DNA of 64,000 nt from Guillardia theta CCMP2712 (taxonomy: Eukaryota > Protista > Cryptophyta). Both the position numbers and the translations under genes were made by a program. The notes under the pieces were generated by a model. The model was not told the DNA's origin and did not search any database. It worked only from the letters and a program-made list of their open reading frames with translations. Below, one piece after another: positions 53,797 through 64,000 of this stretch. Each line of letters begins with the position of its first letter. The stretch's first letter is position 1. The stretch spans positions 108,107 to 172,106 of the forward strand of contig NW_005434638.1 in assembly GCF_000315625.1 (NCBI RefSeq), read 5' to 3'.

Positions 53797-54701
53797 CAGG
53801 ACCCCCGATAATACCTTGAAGGACTACCCTACCCCCCCTTTAGATGTGTACACGACTCATATCCAGATCAGCCGTTTCGACCACCGGCACGGTGGTTGAC
53901 ATAAGAATAACATGTCATACAGAGGGGTAGGGGTACTGCCGGAAACGATGTGCTCTCTACAAACTATGGGGGAGGATGGGTGCTGTCACCAGAGAGTTGA
54001 TGGGGTGGGGGTGGGGGCCAAAGGGGGTGAGGGTGGTCAATTCTTCTGGTGCGGGCCTACAGTATTGGGCGGTTTCACTTTTTACCTCCCCCTACCCTAC
54101 CCTACTGAAGTAGAACCTGACTTTACCCCACCCATGTTCTTTTAATGCTTTGATTGCACACCGCAGCTTGCCCAGGCTCCACCCCTCATTACAAGCTCTC
54201 TCGCCGTTGATTTACTATGAGAGCCTTTAAGTCGGGAGAGGGGAGGGAGGTCCTAAGTCTCATGGTTGCCTTCGCAAGGTTCAAGTACCCCTCCCTCAAT
54301 TAGGACCTATTGTTCTTCACCCACAGGGTGACCCACCCCACCTTCTCCACCGGCCCTAAAGGTTCACATTGAACGTTGCTTCATTCCCTGAACCTCACCT
54401 CCTATACCCTCCTCTTGCTCCTCCTTGCCATCGTCTACTGGGAACTGCTGCCCTGGAAACATCTCCCTCTCCCTATCTCATTCGTCTTGAAGACCTCTTG
54501 GCTCTCTCTTGCCGTTAGCTGCCTGTCCTCCATCGGAATCTCTGGAACCTGCAAATTTTGCTCACTGTCGTCTCCTGATAGGTGATCAGTCTTCTTGTCT
54601 ACATTTTGCCTGATATGTTCGTATAGCTGTGCAGGGTAATGTCCGATTCGAATCTCAGGAACTAAGAAAGCACTTTGATCTTTGAGAATCAAGACCTTGA
54701 G

Positions 54702-57651
54702 ATGAAGGGCGACATTCAGGTTGCGAACGACACTGTCATCAGTTCTTCAGCGGATACAAGTTTCAAGAGAAAAGAGAAGGTTGAAGGGGCATCGGAAACA
54801 CGAGACAACCAAATCGAAAGTTTGATTTCGGGAGCGCTAGATTCTAGTCATAATACAACAGCCATATCAGGTCAGGACACAATCATAAACACCAGCGAGG
54901 ACGTCGCAGAATCTGTCTCTGTGTTGCAAGGTCTGGGTGTGACCAAGCATGACTCAGACGGTAATTCGGAAACATCTTTCTTGACCAATGATTACTGGCA
55001 GTCGATGCAGACACCCTTGGCCTCTCATGCTGTCGGTGCGACTCTGGCACACGAGTTGTCGTTCGAAGGGAATGAAGCAGCTCTGCATCACATCATCAGC
55101 AACCATCCCTTCCTCATCGAGTCAAAGACCATCGACGGCGAAACTCCTGCACATCACGCAGCTGCAGGCGGTCAGTCTCGAGTCTTGTACCTTCTAGCCA
55201 ATCTGAGCAAAACAATCCTGCTCGAACCTGACTATGACGGTTGGACTCCGGCGCACATGGCGGCATTTTATGAGCAACCAGACACGATCTCAGTCTTGAA
55301 AATTCTTGCACCCGAGTCATTCCTGTTAAAGGACAAGAAGGGGAGATTGCCCGTCGATCTCACCAGCAACAAGCATTGTCTGAGTCTGATGAAGGATTCA
55401 ATCGTCGAAGCTGACAACTTGAAGATATCTGCTGCTGACCCCACCTCAACTACTGCTGAGGTCGACCCGGCTGTGGAGGAAGCCGCCTCTAAGGCCGTTG
55501 CTGAGGTCGCTCCTGCTACAGAGGAGGCTGCTACCGAGGCTGTTGAAACCACCGCTGCTACCGAGGCTGTTGAAGCCACCGCTGCTACCGAGGACCCCGG
55601 ACCTGAAGACGCCGCTTATAAGGCTGCTCAAGCTTCGGAGGAAGAGAGCCCAGCAGAAGAGGTCGCCGCATCTGTGGCTGTCGTCGAGGTCGCGCCTGCT
55701 GATCAGACCGCGCCTCCTGCTGTCGAGAAGGCCGCGCCTGCTGCTGCTGCCGTCGAAGAAATGGCCGCTCCTGCTGATTCTCCTGCGGAGGAGGAAGCCG
55801 TCCCTGCTCCTGCCGTCGAAAAGGCGGCCTCTGCTGCGGCGGCGGAGCAGGTGCATACTGCTCCTGCTTCCGAGGAGGCAGCTCCAGCTGCTGCTGCCGT
55901 CGAGGAAGTGGCCGACCCGGCCGCTGTCGAGAAGGCCGTCCCTCTACCTGCTGAGCAGGCCCCTGCTCCTGCTCTTGCAAGTGATGAGTCCCCTGCTGCT
56001 GCCGTCGAGGAGGCCGCTCTTGCTCCTGCTACTATCGAAGAGCAGTTGGCTCCTGTTACTGCAGAAGAAGCTTCTCCAGCCGCTGTTCAGGATGCTGCTC
56101 ATGGTGCTGCTGCTGTCGAGGAGGCTGCTCCTGCCTCTGCCGTCGGGGAGGCTGCTCCAGCCGCTCCTGCTCCTGTTGCTGTCGAGGAGGAGGCTTCCGC
56201 CTCCCCCGCCGCCGCCGCCATCGAGGAGGCAGCAGCAGCAGCTCCTTCCGTAGAGGAGGCTGCTCATGCTGCTGCTGTCGAGGAGGAGGCTACCCCTGCT
56301 CATGGTGCTATCGAGGATGCTCCTGCTGCTGCTGTTGTTGAGGAGGAGGCCACGCCTGTTGCTGCTGCTGTCGAGGAGGCTGCGCTTGCTCCTCCTGCTG
56401 CTATCCAAGAGGAGGCTGCCGCTGCAGCTACCGCTCCCGTCGAAGAGGCTCCTCCTGCCCCTGCAGCTATTCAAGAGGAAGCCGCGCTTGATGCTGCTCC
56501 TGCTGTAGAGGAGGCTGCTCCTGCTGCTGCCGCCGCCGCCGCCGCCGTCGACGAGCAGGCTGCTCCTGCTGCTGCCATCGAGGAGGCTCCTGTGGCTGCC
56601 TTCGGGGAGGCTGCGCCTGCTCCTGCTCCTGCTGCTGCCGCTGCCGTCGAGGAGGCTGCTCCTGCTGCTACTGCTGCGGAGGCTGCGCCTGCTGCTGCCG
56701 CTGCCGTCGAAGAGGCTGCGCCTGCTCCTGCTCCTGCTGCTGCTGCTGCTGCTGCTGCCGTCGAGGAGGCTTCGCCTGCGCCTGCTGCTGCCGTCGAGGA
56801 GGCTGCTCCTGCTGCTGCGCCTGCCGCTGCCGCTGCGGTTGAGGAGGCTGCTCCTGCTCCTGCTGCTGCTGCTGCTGCCGCCGTCGAGGAGGCTGCTCCT
56901 GCTCCTGCTCCTGCTGCTGCTGCCGCCGTCGAGGAGGCTGCTCCTGCTCCTGCTGCTGCCGTCGAAGAGGCTGCGCCTGCTCCTGCTCCTGCTCCTGTCG
57001 CTGCCGTCGAGGAGGAGGCTGCTCCTGCGCCTGCCGCTGCCGCTGCCGTCGAGGCGGAGACTGCTCCAGCTCCTGCTGCCGCTGCCGTCGAAGAGGCTGC
57101 GCCTGCTGCTGCCGCTGCCGTCGAGGCGGAGGCTGCTCCTGCTTCTGCCGTTGCCGTCGAAGAGACTTCGCCTGCTCCTGCTGCTGCCGCTGCCGTCGAG
57201 GAGGCTGCTCCTGCTCCTGCCGTCGAGGCGGAGACTGCACCAGCTGCTCCTGCTTGTACCGTCGAAGAGGCTGCACCTGCGCCTGCTGCTGCCGTCGAGG
57301 AGGCTGCTCCTGCTCCTGCTCCTGCTGCTGCCGCCGCCGTCGAAGAGGCTGCTCCTGCGCCTGCCGCTGCCGTTGAGGAGACTTCGCCTGCTGCTGCTGC
57401 TGCTGCTGCTATCGAGGAGGCTGCTCCTGCTCCTGCTCCTGCCGTCGAGGCGGAGACTGCACCAGCTGCTCCTGTCGCTGCCGTCGTGGAGGCTGCGCCT
57501 GCTCCTGCTCCTGCTGCTGCCGCTGCCGTCGAAGAGGCTGCTCCTGCTCCTGCGCCTGCCGCCGCCGTCGAGGAGGCTGCTCCTGCTGCTGCTGCCGCCG
57601 TCGAGGAGACTGCTGCTGCTCCTGCTGCTGCTGCTGCTGCTGCTATCGAGG

Positions 57652-57682
<31 letters not shown>

Positions 57683-60600
57683 CGTCGAGGAGGCTCCTTC
57701 TGCTGCTGCTGCTGCCGTCGAGGAGGCTGCTCCTGCTCCTGCCGCTGCCGTTGAGGAGGCTGCTCCTGCGCCAGCCGCTGCCGTCGAGGAGGAGGCTGCT
57801 CCTGCGCCTGCTGCTGCCGTCGAGGCGGAGACTGCACCAGCTGCTCCTGTCGCTGCCGTCGAGGAGGCTGCTCCTGCTTCTGCTGCTGCCGTCGAGGAGG
57901 CTGCTCCTGCTCCTGCCGCTGCCGCTGCCGCTGCCGTCGAGGAGGCTGCTCCTGCGCCTGCCGCTGCCGCTGCCGCTGCCGTCGAGGAGGCTGCTCCTGC
58001 GCCTGCCGCTGCCATCGAGGAGGCTGCTCCTGCGCCTGCCGCTGTCGTCGAGGAGGCTGCGCCTGCTCCTGCTCCTGCCGCTGCTATCGAGGAGGCTGCT
58101 CCTGCGCCTGCCGCTACCGTTGAGGCGGAGACTGCTCCAGCTGCTCCTGCTTGTACCGTCGACACTGCTGCGGTTGAGGAGGCTGCTCCTGCTGCTGCCG
58201 CTGCCGTCGAGGCGGAGGCTGCTCCAGCTGCTCCTGCCTGTGCCGTCCAAGAGGCTGCTTCTTCGCCTGCTGCTGCCGTCGAGGAGGCTGCGCCTGCGAC
58301 AGCTGCTGCCGTCGAGGAGGCTGCTCCAGAGCCTGCCTCGGCCGTCCAGGAGGCTGCTCCAGAGCCTGCCGTTGCCGCTGCCGTCGACGACGAGGCTGCT
58401 GCTGCTGCTGCCGTCGAGGAGGCTCCTGTCGCTGCCGTCGTCGAGGAGGCTGCTGCTCCCGCTGCTATCGAGGAGGCTGCTCCTGCTGCTGCTCCTGCCG
58501 TCGAGGCGGAGGCTGCTCCAGCTGCTCCTGCCTGTGCCATCGAGGAGGCTGCGCCTACTCCTGCGCCTGCCGATGCCACTGCCGTCGAGGAGGCTGCTCC
58601 TGCTCCTGCCGCTGCTGTCGAGGAGGCTGCTCCTGCTCCTGCCGCTGCTGTCGAGGAGGCTGCTCCTGCTCCTGCCGCTGCTGTCGAGGAGGCTGCTCCA
58701 GCGCCTGCTGCTGCTGCCGCCGTCGTCGAGGAGGCTGCGCCTGCTGCTCCCGTCGAAGAGGCTCCTGTCGCTGCCGTCGAGGAGGCTCCTGCTGCTCCCG
58801 CTGCTATCGAGGAGGCTGCTCCAGCGCCTACCTGTGCCGTCGAGGAGGCTGCTCCTGCTGTTGCCGCTGCTGTCGAGGAGGCTGCTCCTGCTCCTGCCGC
58901 TGCCACTGCGGTTGAGGAGGCTGCTCCTGCTCCTGCCGCTGCTGCCGTCGAGGAGGCTTTGCCTGCTGCCGCTGCCACTGCGGTTGAGGAGGCTGCTTTA
59001 GCGCCTGCTACCGCTGCTGCGGTTGAGGAGGCTGCTTTAGCGCCTGCCGCTGCCGCCGCCGTCGAGGAGGCTGCTCCTGCTGTTGCCGCTGCCGTCGAAG
59101 AGGCTGCTCCTGCTGCCGTCGAGGCGGAGGCTGCTCCTGCTGCCGTCGAGGAGGCTGCTCCTGCTGCTGCCGCGGCCGTCGAGGAGGCTGCGCCTGCTCC
59201 TGCTCCTGCCGCTGCTGTCGAGGAGGCTGCTCCTGCGCCTGCTGCTGCCGCCGTCGTCGAGGAGGCTGCTCCTGCTGCTGCCGTCGAGGAGGCTGCTCCT
59301 GCTGCCGTCGAGGAGGCTCCTGCTGCTTCCGCTGCTATCGAGGAGGCTGCTCCAGCGCCTACCTGTGCCGTCGAGGAGGCTGCTCCTGCTCCTGCCGCTG
59401 CCACTGCGGTTGAGGAGGCTGCTCCTGCGTCTGCCGCTGCTGCCGTCGAGGAGGCTGTGCCTGTTGCCGCCGTCGTCGAGGAGGCTTTGCCTGCTGCCGC
59501 TGCTGCGGTTGAGGAGGCTGCTTTAGCGCCTGCTACCGCTGCTGCGGTTGAGGAGGCTGCTCCTGCTCCTGCCGCTGCCGCCGTCGAGGAGGCTGCTCCT
59601 GCTGTTGCCACTGCCGTCGAGGAGGCTGCTGCACCGCCTGCCGCTGCCACTACTGTCGAGGAGGCTGCTGCACCGCCTGCCGCCGCGGTTGAGGAGGCTA
59701 GTCCAGCGCCTGTTGCTGCCGTCGTCGAGGAGGCTGCTCCTGCTGCTGCCGCCGTCGTCGAGGAGGAGGCTGCTCCTGCTGTTGCCGCTGCCGTCGAAGA
59801 GGCTGCTCCTGCTGCCGTCGAGGCGGAGGCTGCTCCTGCTGCCGTCGAGGAGGCTGCTCCTGCTGCTGCCGCGGCCGTCGAGGAGGCTGCGCCTGCTCCT
59901 GCTCCTGCCGCTGCTGTCGAGGAGGCTGCTCCTGCGCCTGCTGCTGCCGCCGTCGTCGAAGAGGCTGCTCCTGCTGCCGTCGAGGAGGCTCCTGCTGCTC
60001 CCGCTGCTATCGAGGAGGCTGCTCCTGCTGTTGCCGCTGCTGTCGAGGAGGCTGCTCCTGCTCCTGCCGCTGCCACTGCGGTTGAGGAGGCTGCTCCTGC
60101 GTCTGCCGCTGCTGCCGTCGAGGAGGCTGTGCCTGTTGCCGCCGTCGTCGAGGAGGCTTTGCCTGCTGCCGCTGCCACTGCGGTTGAGGAGGCTGCTTTA
60201 GCGCCTGCTACCGCTGCTGCGGTTGAGGAGGCTGCTTTAGCGCCTGCCGCTGCCGCCGTCGAGGAGGCTGCTCCTGCTGTTGCCACTGCCGTCGAGGAGG
60301 CTGCTGCACCGCCTGCCGCCGCGGTTGAGGAGGCTAGTCCAGCGCCTGTTGCTGCCGTCGTCGAGGAGGCTGCTCCTGCTGTTGCCACTACTGTCGAGGA
60401 GGCTGCTCCTGCGCCTGCTGCTGCCGCCGTCGTCGAGGAGGAGGCTGCTCCTGCTGCCGTCAGGGAGGCTGCTCCAGCTCCTGCTCCTGCTGCCGTCAAG
60501 GAGGCTGCTCCTGCTGTTGCCACTGCCGTCGAGGAGGCTGAGCCTGCTCCTGCTGCTGCCGCTGCCGTCGAGGAGGCTGCGCCTGCTCCTGCGCCTGTTG

Positions 60601-62174
60601 CTGCCGCTGCCGTCGTCGAGGAGGCTGCTCCTGCTGCTCCCGCTGCTATCGAGGAGGCTGCTCCTGCACCTGCCGCTGCCGTCGAGGAGGCTGCTCCTGC
60701 TGCCGCTACCGTCGAAGAGGCTACCCCATCCGCTGCCATCGAGGAGGCTGCTCCTGTTACCGTTGTCAAGGCGGAGGCTACACCTGCTGCTGCCGTCGAG
60801 GAAGCCGCCGCCGCCGCTGTCGAGGTGGAGGCTGCTCCAGCTCCAGCGCCAGCTGTTGAGGCGGAGACTGCTCTAGCTCCTGCCAATGCCGTCGAGGAGG
60901 CTGCTCCTGCTGCTGCCGTGGAGGAGGCTGCACCTGCTGCTGCTATCGAGGAGGAGGCTCCTGCTCCTGCTGTCCAGGCGGAGGCTGCACCTGCTGCTGC
61001 CGTCGAGGCGGAGGCTCCTGCTGTCGAGCAGGTTTCCACATCCGCTGCTGCCATCCAAGAGGAGGCGGCGTCTTCTGCTGCTGTCGAGGAGGAGGCTACC
61101 CCTGCTGCTGTCGAGGAGGAGGCTACCCCTGCTGCTGCTGTCGAGGAGGCTACCACTGATGTTGCAGCAGATCTGTTGCTGCTGGAGGCAGGGACACAAA
61201 CGGAAGCGATTGACATGCAAGTAGCTCCCGAGGAGGCCGCCAAGGTCGCTCCCACTAGAGAAGAAATCGACACCTCTGACGCTGCCGTCGAGACTACCGC
61301 TGACACTCCTCCTGCTGCTGCTGCCGCCGCCGTCGAGGAGACCCCGCCTGCTACTGTTGCCGCTGTCGACGAGGCTGCTGCTCCTGCTGAGATGGCAGCG
61401 GCGGAGGAGGCTGCTCCTGCCGCCCCCGCCGTCGAGGAGGCCCCGCCTGCTTCTGCTGCCGTTGAGGAGGAGGCGGCCATTGATGAACCCGCTGTCGAGA
61501 GCCCTCAGTCGGTGGAGGAAGCGGTTCAAACTGATGAAACCGTGCTTGAAGCAGCAACACAAACCGGGTCCTGTGACGTCACAGATCCTTCCGAAGCCGT
61601 GCCCGCAGCTCCTGCTGCTGCTCCTGCCATCGAGGAGGAGGCCGCGCCTGCTGCTGCTCTTACTGCCGCTGTTCAGGAGGAGGAGTCTGCTGCTGCTGTT
61701 CAGGAGGAGGAGTCTGCTGTTACTGCTGCTATTGAAGAGGAAGAGGCCCCTGCGTCTACTGCCGAGGAGGAGGCCGCGTCTGATGCTGCTGCTGCTGCCG
61801 TGGAGGAAGCCACGCCTGCTGCTGCCGCCGCCGCCGCCGTTCAGGAGGCTGCGCCTGCCCCCCCCGCCGCCGCTGCTAATGCCGTCGAGGAAGCCGCGCC
61901 GGCTGCTGCGGTAGTGGAAGAAGAGGCCCCGCTTGCTGCTGCTATTCAGGCACAAGTCCCTGCTGCCGCTGTCGAGGAGGAGGCCGCGCCTGCTGCTCCT
62001 GCTAACGTCGATGAAAATGCCATTTCTGCCCCTCTGGAGGAAGAGGCTGCTGCTGCTGCTGCTGCGGCGGCGGCGGCGGCGGCGGCGGTGGAGAAGGAGG
62101 CCGCACCTACTTCTGCTCCTGCTGCCGTCGAGGAGGCCGCGCCGGCTGCTGCTGCTGTCAGGGAGGAAGAAGCG

Positions 62175-62206
<32 letters not shown>

Positions 62207-62849
62207 CGTTGAAGAAGCCGCGCCGGCTGCTGATGTTGATGAGGAGGCCGCGCCTGCTGCTCCTGCTGCCGTCGATGAAGATGCCATTTCTGCCCCTCTG
62301 GAGGAAGTGGCGGCGGCGGCGGCGGCGGCGGAGGAGGAGGAGGCCGCACCTACTTCTGCTGCTGCAGCGGAGAGGGAGGATGCTGCGCCTGCTACGTCAG
62401 AAGAAGAAAAGACGGAAGGAGGGTTGTTGAGTCAGCAGGTCGTCTCGGGGGAGGCTGAGGCTGGGGTTGAGTCCGTCCTGCGCTCGCTGCTTGTGTCGCT
62501 GCGGTCAGCTCTTGAAGTCTCTTCGCTGCGAGAGGCCGTCGAGTCCCACATGGCAGAAGTTTACAAAGTCTTTCCCAGAGGCGACTCGCAGACGCTTCAG
62601 AGTCAGCTGGATGAGGTTTCTCAGCTCAAGTTCGAGCTCAGGCTATGCTTCTTTCTCTGCTGCCTCGGAATTCTCTTCTCAAACCTCATCAGCTTCCGGC
62701 ATGACTTTGCTCAGATCGCGTGGAGATTTGCAGTCACCTGGTTCCAGATGTTGTTTGCACTTTGGGCCTTCGCCATGCTGCATCGAAGTGTGTTCTCACG
62801 ATATGGGCGGAGAAGTCCGACCAAGAAGAAGGACGAGAAGAGACAATAG
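54702..62849 (+). CDS. Giant (~2,700 aa) ankyrin-repeat protein with an Ala/Pro/Glu tandem-repeat stalk and C-terminal hydrophobic (TM) segments
   Basis: Single uninterrupted ORF. Ankyrin motifs 'DGETPAHHAAAGG', 'DGWTPAHMAA' and 'KKGRLPVDL'. Over 2,000 aa of VEEAAP(AP)nA(n) repeats; two hydrophobic helices near the C-terminus. Confidence 0.75.
55440..62400 (+). repeat. Coding minisatellite (GTCGAGGAGGCTGCTCCTGCT...) with higher-order duplications
   Basis: Degenerate tandem units; near-identical long blocks begin at ~59065 and ~59765. Confidence 0.9.
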
Positions 62850-63132
62850 ACAAGTTCAAGTTCATGGATCAGGTTTAATGATTAGTCGTTGAGGTTGTAA
62901 TAAAAGAATATTCCGTCATGTGACATGTTTGCTGTAGCTCGTGTCGTCTCTTCATAAGAATCCTCCCCAAAAACGACAAGAAGGGACTACAAAGCAGACG
63001 GCGGACCGCAACAACCCCAGCAGCAAGCCACGCCTGCTGCTGCTGGTGTTCAGGAGGAAGCCACACCTGCTGTTGCCGCCGCCGCCGCTGTTCAGGAGGC
63101 TGCTCCTGCTGCTGCCGCCGCTGCTGCTGCTG

Positions 63133-63917
63133 GCAATCCTGGATCCCATAGGTGGATTTGTAGCTCCCGTAGATGGAGGGCTTGCAGCTCAAGGTGTCTA
63201 TCCCACTGAAATAGGTCTTCCCGTAAGGTCCATAAGAGTTCAGAGGGCAGAAATGGCACTCACTCCCGTCCAGTAGGTTTGTCCTCAACATCATTCCCTC
63301 AAAATCATACTTGGGCCTGCAGACACACTGGGTTGCATCCTGCAGGAGCTGGGTCCAGGCATTTGGCAGGCAAAGGAAGCAGGGCCCATCCCCAGGGAGC
63401 TGCTTGAAGAACCTTTCCCCACACTTTGGTCTCACAGGTCTTCTGTGTCACTCCAGCGACAACCTGCGTCATTCTCCACTCACAGCCGGGGCTGCAGACA
63501 CAGCTGTCAGAGCTTGTGCTGGCCTTGTTCCTTGTGGTAGTGTTCCCATAGCACCTGATACACTCGCTGGCCCCATAGGTAGACTTCCAGTAGCCATGGG
63601 AACAGGGTTTGCACTCACCATTGACCAGACCATAACCCGGCAGGCAGTCGCAGTCACTCAGGTTAGTCCCTTTGTCGAGCAGTATCGTGCTCCCATCAGG
63701 GTGAGCAGGCCTCTGAGCCGTAGGGAGGCTTGTAGGTTCCTAGGCCACAGGCAGTGCAGGGGAGATCGCCAATCTCGGCCTTGTTGGAATGAACGTCGCA
63801 CAGATCACAGGGCCCGCCCAAAGCGCCGTCGTATCCAAGCTCACACGTAAAAGGATAGCTGAACACCCTGCAAAAGTAGGTATGATAAAAAGATTGCCCT
63901 GGCAAGTTCATCCTCAA
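63133..63917 (-). pseudogene. Frameshifted fragment of a Cys-rich (ephrin-receptor-like/GCC2-GCC3) repeat protein
   Basis: CxxCxxGxYK/CxCxPGY repeats continue across three reading frames, with shifts near ~63697 and ~63430 and no intron signals. The fragment ends abruptly at 63133 against an Ala/Pro/Glu repeat copy. Confidence 0.6.
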
Positions 63918-64000
63918 TATGCCCTTATCGGTAAGTATAGCATTTCCAAGACTCTCAAAAGTCTGTGAGAATTTGCTATAATAAGAACTAACGAAGCCTT

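Noticed and set aside
55944-61955. Very long alternative ORFs over the repeat (e.g. 56471-61480 on -, 56839-59001 on +)
   Set aside because: By-products of the stop-poor GCT/CCT/GAG codon repeat; only the 54675-62849 frame contains recognisable domains.
55440-62400. Regularly recurring GTCGAGGAGGCTGC units as a possible CRISPR-like array
   Set aside because: Intervening segments are low-complexity in-frame Ala/Pro codons, not unique spacers; no cas genes; eukaryotic context.

Overview
Gene-dense eukaryotic nuclear DNA. It has many short (~45-55 nt) GT-AG introns, some longer microsatellite-filled introns, and several proteins with bipartite signal + transit peptides (ASAF/AF-type). Together these point to an alga with a complex red plastid, most likely a cryptophyte (Guillardia/Hanusia-like; this is inference). 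About 20 host genes can be reconstructed by hand-splicing: NDC80, eRF3 with a probable periplastid-targeting leader, DJ-1/PfpI, AIF/FSP1-like oxidoreductase, CCHC zinc-knuckle protein, PPR-TrmB fusion, RPL7-like protein, SAM methyltransferase, plastid RRM protein, ankyrin/pseudo-caspase, 2OG-Fe(II) oxygenase, WW/EF-hand protein, double Zn2Cys6 factor, beta-helix protein, allantoicase, 2xRRM protein, multi-C2 protein, MSS51-like protein, PSRP1/HPF, ARM-repeat protein and a giant Ala/Pro/Glu-repeat ankyrin membrane protein. The main finding is an apparently intact 3,972-bp DNA transposon at 49825-53796. It has perfect 15-bp TIRs (CACGGGGGTGGAACT) and an exact 9-bp target-site duplication (CAGGACCCC). 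It encodes a two-exon ~1,160-1,200 aa P-element-like transposase with a non-THAP N-terminal Cys cluster and two large insertions in the catalytic core. Intergenic DNA also shows a recurring grammar: strand-oriented TACCC(C) tracts upstream of genes and CCGG-dense islands. Exon boundaries were derived by eye; all product calls come from motif recognition, not database searches.
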